A program made the translations under genes and the position numbers. The notes under the pieces were generated by a model. That model had not been told where the DNA came from. It saw only the letters and a program-made list of their open reading frames with translations, and made no database searches. A stretch of 64,000 nt of DNA from Blastochloris viridis (GTDB lineage Bacteria; Pseudomonadota; Alphaproteobacteria; UBA2136; UBA6156), in contig VAFM01000002.1 of the NCBI GenBank assembly GCA_005768725.1, forward strand, positions 438,512-502,511. The letters run 5' to 3'. Shown piece after piece: positions 9,744-16,600 of the stretch (the stretch's first letter is position 1; each line of letters opens with the position of its first letter).

Positions 9744-9827
9744 TGGTGCCGGTGGTCAGACTCGAACTGACACTCCTCTCGGAATCGGATTTTGAATCCG
9801 ACGCGTCTACCATTTCACCACACCGGC
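9744..9827 (-). tRNA. tRNA-Leu (anticodon CAA)
   Basis: The reverse complement folds as a cloverleaf: acceptor GCCGGTG/CACCGGC, anticodon loop TTCAAAA, long variable arm, T-arm GTCAG-TTCGAGT-CTGAC, encoded CCA. Confidence 0.93.
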
Positions 9828-9886
9828 ACCGGGTACGGATGTGCCAGAAAACGGAGCCTCTGGCAAGAGGCCCCGTGCACCGGGTT

Positions 9887-11722
9887 TTACAATCCCAGCT
9901 CGTCGGCCAGTTTTTCCGCCTCGGCCAGCCATACACCGGCACTGCTGGCAATCCCCGCTTCCCAGAATTCGCGGCTGTTGGGGTTAAGCCCGAACGGCTC
10001 CATCAGCTCCACCGCACTCTTGGTGCCCCCGGCCCGCAACAGGTCCAGATACAACGGCTCAAACCGGTCACCCAGCCGCGCACGCTGTGCCATCATGCTC
10101 TGCGTGAACAGTTCACCAAAGGCATAGGCATACACGTAGAACGATTCATAACTATAGAAGTGACTCACGTAGCACCACATGTTCTCAATGTCGGCATAGG
10201 TGAAAGTTTCCCCCTCCGGCCCATAGAAGCGCTTGGTCATCTCCATCCACAGACGCGAGTAATCCTCCTCCATCAGCTTGCCGTTCACGCGCTCGGCAAA
10301 AAACGCCTGCTCAAACTGAGAGAAACAGATCTGACGCACCACGGTGTTCATGAAGTCGTTGATCTTATCCATATACAGCGCCAGCTTCTCGGTCGGGTCG
10401 CTGAGCTGAGACATAAGACTTTCAAATGTCAGCATTTCCCCGAACACACTCGCGGTCTCGGCATACGGCATCGGCGCATGCCACGTCAGGCTGCTTTGCG
10501 CCTCCAGCGCCAGCAGGCCGTGTACGGCATGGCCCAATTCATGCGCCAGCGTCATCACGTCCCCCGCACTGCCCAGGTGGTTCAGCATCATATAGCTACG
10601 GTCATCCTTGTCCGGCAGCGCCACGGTATAATCAAACGCCCCGCCGCTCTTGTTCGGCACCGGCGGTGCATCCACCCACCCCTTTTTCGGGTCCAGTACG
10701 GTGTCCACCAAGGCACCCAAGGTCGGCGAAAACGCACGATACGCCTTTTTCACCACATCGCAGCTGGTCGCCCAGTCATAAATGGTATCCGCCGCAAACG
10801 GCATCGGTGCATTGCGGTCACTCCAGGCCAGCGTTTCCAGGCCCAGCATTCGCGCCTTCAAGCGGTAAAACCGCTGCGCCAGCTTACCGGCCTTGTCTTC
10901 CACGCCCTCATGCAGCACCTGCACGGTGGCATCGTCCACCATATTGCTCAGGTTCTTTTTCTGCATCGGGTGCGTAAATCCACGCGCCTTGTCATTGGCC
11001 AGATGCGACCCCACATGAACGTTCAGCGTCCGCGCCGCATAAAAATCGTGTTTGGAGGCTTTGAGCTGGGCATTCAGCGCTTTCATCGCCGCTGCCCGGC
11101 GTGCACGGTCGCGATCTTCGGCCATCACGTGCAGAATTTCCGGCAGATTATAGGTCTTACCTTCAAAATCGATCCGCAGGTCACCCTCCAGTTCGTCCAT
11201 CAGGTTCGACCACGCGCCTGCACCGAACGGCCCCTGCATGGTCAGCACCGACTCCGCCTCTTCGCCCAGATAATGCGCCTGCACCTTCTGGTTATGCCGG
11301 ATGTACGACAGATGCTTGACCACCTGCGGATGACCCATCTGCTGCTCCACCGCGGCATCACTCAGCTTTCCCATTTCCAGGTCAAAGAAGGTCAGGTGCA
11401 TCGCGCTGGCCTGGGCCAGTTTTTCGTTCACGCGGCTGGAAACCTTTTCCGCCGCCTTGTCGGCCGAGTTTCGCGCCAGCGTGAGGAAGAAATAGATCCC
11501 GAGCTTCGACCCGCGGCGGTTCAGCGGTTCCATCGCCGCAAACGCCTCACCCAGCTTATGGTCAAGCTTGCCCTTATAGGCCGCTTCAAACGCGGCCATA
11601 CCCTGCACCTGCGCCGCCACATCCGCCTCAATCTGTGGGTCATCGAGACCCTTATACAGTTGTGTCAGATCCCAACGGATCGTCTCGGTGCCAAGCGCAG
11701 AAGAGCTGGTATCACGGGCCAT
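9887..11722 (-). CDS. pepF: M3-family oligoendopeptidase F
   Basis: HELGHAVH zinc motif. I chose the ATG at 11722 (MARDTSS..., 611 aa) over the longer track ORF. Confidence 0.88.
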   Translation of the reverse strand: MARDTSSSALGTETIRWDLTQLYKGLDDPQIEADVAAQVQGMAAFEAAYKGKLDHKLGEAFAAMEPLNRRGSKLGIYFFLTLARNSADKAAEKVSSRVNEKLAQASAMHLTFFDLEMGKLSDAAVEQQMGHPQVVKHLSYIRHNQKVQAHYLGEEAESVLTMQGPFGAGAWSNLMDELEGDLRIDFEGKTYNLPEILHVMAEDRDRARRAAAMKALNAQLKASKHDFYAARTLNVHVGSHLANDKARGFTHPMQKKNLSNMVDDATVQVLHEGVEDKAGKLAQRFYRLKARMLGLETLAWSDRNAPMPFAADTIYDWATSCDVVKKAYRAFSPTLGALVDTVLDPKKGWVDAPPVPNKSGGAFDYTVALPDKDDRSYMMLNHLGSAGDVMTLAHELGHAVHGLLALEAQSSLTWHAPMPYAETASVFGEMLTFESLMSQLSDPTEKLALYMDKINDFMNTVVRQICFSQFEQAFFAERVNGKLMEEDYSRLWMEMTKRFYGPEGETFTYADIENMWCYVSHFYSYESFYVYAYAFGELFTQSMMAQRARLGDRFEPLYLDLLRAGGTKSAVELMEPFGLNPNSREFWEAGIASSAGVWLAEAEKLADELGL

Positions 11723-11788
11723 GCAGGCGTTACTCCTTATTATAGACGCGCAAAATCCCACACCCCCCGTTCCAGCACAACCCCAAAA

Positions 11789-11925
11789 TCCGGCGCAAAG
11801 CGCCGTTGCCCCCGCGCACGAGACATAAACGGACATCCAGGCATGTTTTGACGGGGCGCCGTGTACGGCAAAAGGGTACATCAGCCACGTCAAAACGTGG
11901 TCGGGGGCCGTCTGAGTCCGCGCTC
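11789..11925 (+). repeat. Nested-hairpin intergenic repeat, copy A
   Basis: GGCGCAAAGCGCC hairpin, then GTTGCCCCCGCGCACG, a stem CATGTTTTGACG/CGTCAAAACGTG, the apex GTGTAC-GGCAAAAGG-GTACAT, and a closing GGGGGC. It aligns with copies at 22193, 60334 and 43210. Confidence 0.8.
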
Positions 11926-12157
11926 TTAAGTGCTTCAAAGCCACACAGGTGTGACTCATGTCACAACTACCCCTTCCCAACCTGAACGAACCTGTTACTG
12001 TTCACTCACCCGCGCCTCCTCCCCCCACCCCTCGGCGCGGTTTACAATAAGGCCCGTCCCCCTACGGGCCCTTTTTTTGCCTTGGATTTTTACGGCTAAC
12101 CGACACAGATTGCGGCAAGAGTTGCCCCCACGCCCAGAAACGGGTACAAACGCCGCC

Positions 12158-13042
12158 ATGACATCTACACCTGCCAACGTCCTGCTGCCCTTCCAGTTTC
12201 ACAACCTGCCCATCCGCGGGCGCCTGCTGCAATTGCACGGGTTGGCCGAGCACATCCCCAGCCTGCGCGAAGCAACCCCCTGCACCCAGACCCTGGCCGA
12301 ACTCCTCGCCGCCGCCGCCCTGCTGGCGCACGACACCAAGCATACCCTGTCCGTCAGTCTGCAGTTGCAGCATGCCGAACTGGGCGCCCTGATCTTCGCC
12401 AACTGCAGCACAACATCCGATTCCCCCGCAACCCTCAAGGCCTACGCCAACCCGGCAGCGCAGGGCACACCGTTCGAAACCCTGGCCACCACCGAAGGCG
12501 GTATCTTCGCCATCACCATGGAACCGGCCGATCTGTCCAACCGCTACCAGTCGCTGGTGCCGCTCTCCGGCACATCCGCCGCCGAAAGCCTGGCCTATTA
12601 CTTCGAGCACTCGGTCCAGACCCCGACCCTCTTCGTGGTCTTTGCCAATACCGAGCAAGCTACAGCCCTGATGTTACAGGCACTGCCGACCGCCCAGCAC
12701 GAGGACCCGATGTCGGACGACGACTGGAACCGCATGAAACTGCTGCTGCAAACGCTCACGCCGCAGGAAGCCCTCGACCCTTCGATCGCGCCGGAAACCC
12801 TGCTCATGCGCCTGTTCGCTGAAGACGACATCAGCACCTTCGAGGCTGAAACCCCTGCCTTCGCCGCCGACAACCCGCGCGCACGTATGCTGGCCGCACT
12901 GGCCGGACTGCCACAGGAAGAACTGGCCGAACTGATGACGCTGGGCACCATTACCCTGACCGACAACACCACCGGCCAGTCGGTGTCGTTCACGGCCGAC
13001 GAACTCGCCCACCTGCAAGACGTCCCGACCACCGAGAACTAA
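12158..13042 (+). CDS. Hsp33-family chaperone homologue without the zinc-centre cysteines
   Basis: FQFHNLPIRGRLLQL, LAELLAAAALLA and YQSLVPLSG...LAYYFEHSVQTPT align by eye to Hsp33. The CxC...CxxC positions read AAD...TDNT. I chose the ATG at 12158. Confidence 0.7.
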   Translation: MTSTPANVLLPFQFHNLPIRGRLLQLHGLAEHIPSLREATPCTQTLAELLAAAALLAHDTKHTLSVSLQLQHAELGALIFANCSTTSDSPATLKAYANPAAQGTPFETLATTEGGIFAITMEPADLSNRYQSLVPLSGTSAAESLAYYFEHSVQTPTLFVVFANTEQATALMLQALPTAQHEDPMSDDDWNRMKLLLQTLTPQEALDPSIAPETLLMRLFAEDDISTFEAETPAFAADNPRARMLAALAGLPQEELAELMTLGTITLTDNTTGQSVSFTADELAHLQDVPTTEN

Positions 13043-13045
13043 CCC

Positions 13046-13411
13046 ATGGCCATCCGCATCGTCACCGACGACGAAACCAGCCTCGACACCGGCACCCTCT
13101 CCGCCGATGCATCGCTGCATGAAAAGGCGGTCCACGCCCTGCGGAATGTCTACGACCCGGAACTGCCGATCAACATCTACGACCTCGGGCTTATCTATAA
13201 AATCGCCCTGAACGACACCGAAAAAACGGCACATATCACCATGACGCTGACCGCGCCGAACTGTCCGGTGGCCGAAGAATTACCCCGCCAGGCCCAAAAT
13301 GCTGTCGCAAATGCCACAGGGTATGCCACCACGCTGACCCTCACGTTCGACCCGCCGTGGAAAAAAGAGAACCTCCCGCTGGAAGCCAAACTCGCCCTCG
13401 GGCTTCTCTAA
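13046..13411 (+). CDS. DUF59/MIP18-family Fe-S assembly protein (SufT-like)
   Basis: VYDPELPINIYDLGLIY...TMTLTAPNCPVAEELP is the signature block of DUF59 proteins. It starts 3 nt after the previous gene. Confidence 0.8.
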   Translation: MAIRIVTDDETSLDTGTLSADASLHEKAVHALRNVYDPELPINIYDLGLIYKIALNDTEKTAHITMTLTAPNCPVAEELPRQAQNAVANATGYATTLTLTFDPPWKKENLPLEAKLALGLL

Positions 13412-13478
13412 AAACCGTATCCAGAAATCCGTATTCACTTTAACACTACGGATTCCGCGACTCTCCCGCCGCTCCGCC

Positions 13479-13494
13479 TGACAGTATACTGTCA
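13479..13494. promoter_or_regulatory. Perfect 16-bp palindrome TGACAGTATACTGTCA (candidate operator)
   Basis: Read directly from the sequence. It lies 130 nt upstream of the giant ORF start and overlaps a possible -35 (TCACAA-N17-TATAAG). Confidence 0.4.
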
Positions 13495-13623
13495 CAAACG
13501 CTATCGCATACACTTATAAGAGGCCATGGTGTACAACAAGGCGGCCACACCCCATGGTTTGAATACCCTATGGTGGCGGCTGCATGCCTTCCAAGTGCCG
13601 CAAATCTCGGTAGATTGCTAGAC

Positions 13624-16600
13624 ATGCGCGCCCCCTCGCTCACGTTCCGCCTCATTGCCCTGTTGGGTGTCGCGGCAGCGTGGGTCGCTCCGGCTCATGC
13701 GCAGTGGACGGACATCGCCACCATTTCCAGTACATTAGGTAACAACGCCTCCCGCCTCTGTGTCGGCGGCGGCAAAACCGACCTCGGCTGCCCGGTATCA
13801 GCCCCTTATCTGGATATGGCCACTGGCAACCTCAGCATAGGCACCACCAGCCCCACAACCTATAAGTTGAACGTGGCGGGCGGTGCGAGCTATCTGCAAG
13901 GTGGTGTATTGGTAGGTAACGTGGCCAACGGGGTAAATAGCGCCCGTATTACAAGTGGCCTGGATAGCGCGACCTATATCAGTTTCCACTGGGGTCAGCC
14001 CGACATGACCTTCTATACCAATAACGCGCGCCGCATGACGATTGCCTCAGGCAACCTCGGCGCCGAATACGCCGGCCGCGTCGGTATCGGCAACATGACC
14101 TACCCGTCCGCCACACTGCACGTCTCCGGTACCATCCGCATGGCCAGCGGCGGCGAAGCCTGTGACGTAAACCGTACCGGTGCTATCCGTTACCAGGGCG
14201 GCATGTTCCAGATCTGTCAAAGCCCGGCCATCGGCTGGGAAGCCTTGGCCACGACCGGCGAAAATTCGGCGGTCGACCGCATCACCAGCAGCTCCATGGC
14301 CGGCGTCACGGCCAACGCCACCGGTTATATCAGCCTGACCACCGGCGGCGTGACCGGTACCGCCTACTTCACCCCGGCAAGCGTGTTAGTCAACGCCGGC
14401 GTCAGCGCCACCAATACCGTCTCCGCCAGCGGTGGTTACTTCGGCAGTATGCGTATCGGCCAGACCGGTGCCTTTACCAATGCAATCAGCCCGTTCCAGA
14501 GTTACGCCGACATTGTCGGTAACTATACCGGTATCGGCGGGGTAGAAATGCGCAACCAGAGCAATGGACCGAACGCCGAGTTCCGCTTCATGGTCTCCGA
14601 CGAGCGCGGTGGGGCGGGAACCCAGCTGGCCTTCACGATGCCGTCCAGCAACAATACGTCCAACCTGTTCGGCATACCCCGCAACCTGCTGGCAACGATT
14701 TTCGTCAACGCCACAAACGATGCTCAGAGCCGCGCCCTCGCCATCGGTACGCTCAAATCCAACCCGGTTATCTTTGCCGCCAATAATGCCGAACGCATGC
14801 GTATCGCGCCCAACGGCAACGTAGGTATCGGTACCACCACTCCCAGCTCCACACTTCACGTGATCGGCGACATCCGCGGCAGTAACGACATTTACATGCC
14901 CTACGGAAACAGCCTGCGTGCCGGTAGTTTCAACTACACCACAGTCCTCCAAACAGGCTGGAACGGCTGGGCCGATTACACCGCTCTGTTTACTCCGGGC
15001 AACGACGCCTCGAACGCTCTGCCGCGCATGGTATTGCTTTCCAACGGCAATGTCGGTATCGGCACCACCACCCCGACAACCGCTCTGCAGATTTCCGGTA
15101 CGCTGCGTGTGGCCTACGATAACGCTACCTGTGATGCCGACCACCTCGGTGCCATCAAGTACCAGTCCGGCCAGTTCCAGATCTGCCGCAACGGCAGCAC
15201 ATGGGAATACCTTGTTGCAGGCACCAATGCGACAGTGGATACCGACCGCATCACCTCCGGCACCGCCAGCGTGATTACCAGCGGTGCTTCGAACACAATT
15301 CAACTCCGCACCTTTAGCACCCCACGCATGACGGTTACCTCAAACGGCTTTGTAGGTATTGGCGAAACGTTACCAAGCGGCTTCCTCCATATCTCTGGAG
15401 CAAGCCTCGGTACGGCTGTTAATGATGTCGTTCGTCTGCAACGCCTGCAAACTCTCAACAATAGTCTAAGTCGTCTTGATTTCCTGAGCCTGCGCCATAC
15501 GGCTGGTAACAGCGCGTCCGAAGCCTCAAGCCGTATCCAGCAGATGACGGATGCCACATACCAAGGCTATATGGAATTCAATGGCCTCAATAATACAAAC
15601 GGTCTGGCCTTTGGTACAGGAAGTGCCCTCAGCAACTACGCAGGCGTACCGGAACGTATGCGCATCACAGCCGATGGTAACGTCGGTATCGGCAGCTCCA
15701 GCCCTACAACCAAACTGGATGTCGCAGGCACCCTGAAAGTCGCTGCGGGCGGAGAAGCCTGTGATGCCAACCGCACCGGTGCCATCAAGTACCAGTCCGG
15801 ACAGTTCCAGATCTGCCGCAACGGCACGAGTTGGGAAACGCTGATCGCAGGTAACAGCGGTACCGTCGATGCCGACCGCATCACCTCCGGCACCACCAGC
15901 ATGATTACCTACAATAACGACAAAGCCACCATCGCTACCGCCGGTGTCGAACGTGTGGTCGTCGGCGCTACCGGTAGCGTAGGTATCGCTCAGCAACCGG
16001 CTGTAGGTGTCGCTCTAGCGGTCTCGGGCAACACCTCCGTTTCCGGACGCCTTGGTGTTATCACTCCCGGTACAAACAACGTGTTTGTAGGTAATTTTGC
16101 AGGCGCCAACGCAACGGGTACCGAAAACACAGGTTTCGGTCAGGGGGCCCTGCAAGGTGTCAGCGGTCAGAACAACACGGCGGTCGGTCGTTATACCGCC
16201 CAGAACAACAGCGGTAACGACTCCTCCTTCTTCGGTAGCGGCAGCGGGCTTACCAACGCAGGTAATTCAGTTACGGGTGTGGGCCTCAACAGCTTACAAA
16301 ACAACTCGGCCTCTTATGTGGTAGGTGTCGGTACCAACGCAGGTCAAAGCAACCGTGCTACAGGTACTAACTCAGTCTTTGTCGGTAACGATTCCGGTCA
16401 ATTCAATTCAGGCGCAAGCACGGCCGCAATCGGTGCCGCGGCCGCCCAGCGTAATAGTGGCGACAACCTCAGCGCCATCGGTGTGAATGCGGGTCAATGG
16501 AACAGCGGTGCCAACGTGGTTGCAGCCGGTTTCAACGCCGCCCAGTTCAACGCAGGGAATTACGTCACCGCCGTCGGTCAACTGGCTGCCAACAAGAACA

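Noticed and set aside
9746-11851. 701-aa plus-strand ORF
   Set aside because: It is antisense to pepF (HELGHAVH), starts inside the tRNA-Leu gene and has an Arg/His-rich composition.
9887-11980. Long N-terminal extensions offered by the ORF track for pepF. The same applies to the Hsp33-like gene (11930), the giant gene (13570), cmk (23122), the MBL gene (25630), fusA (28460), the GNAT gene (30683), sufB (34719) and metG (43299).
   Set aside because: The extensions are non-conserved, often cross promoters, terminators or repeats, and internal ATGs give family-typical N-termini or signal peptides.
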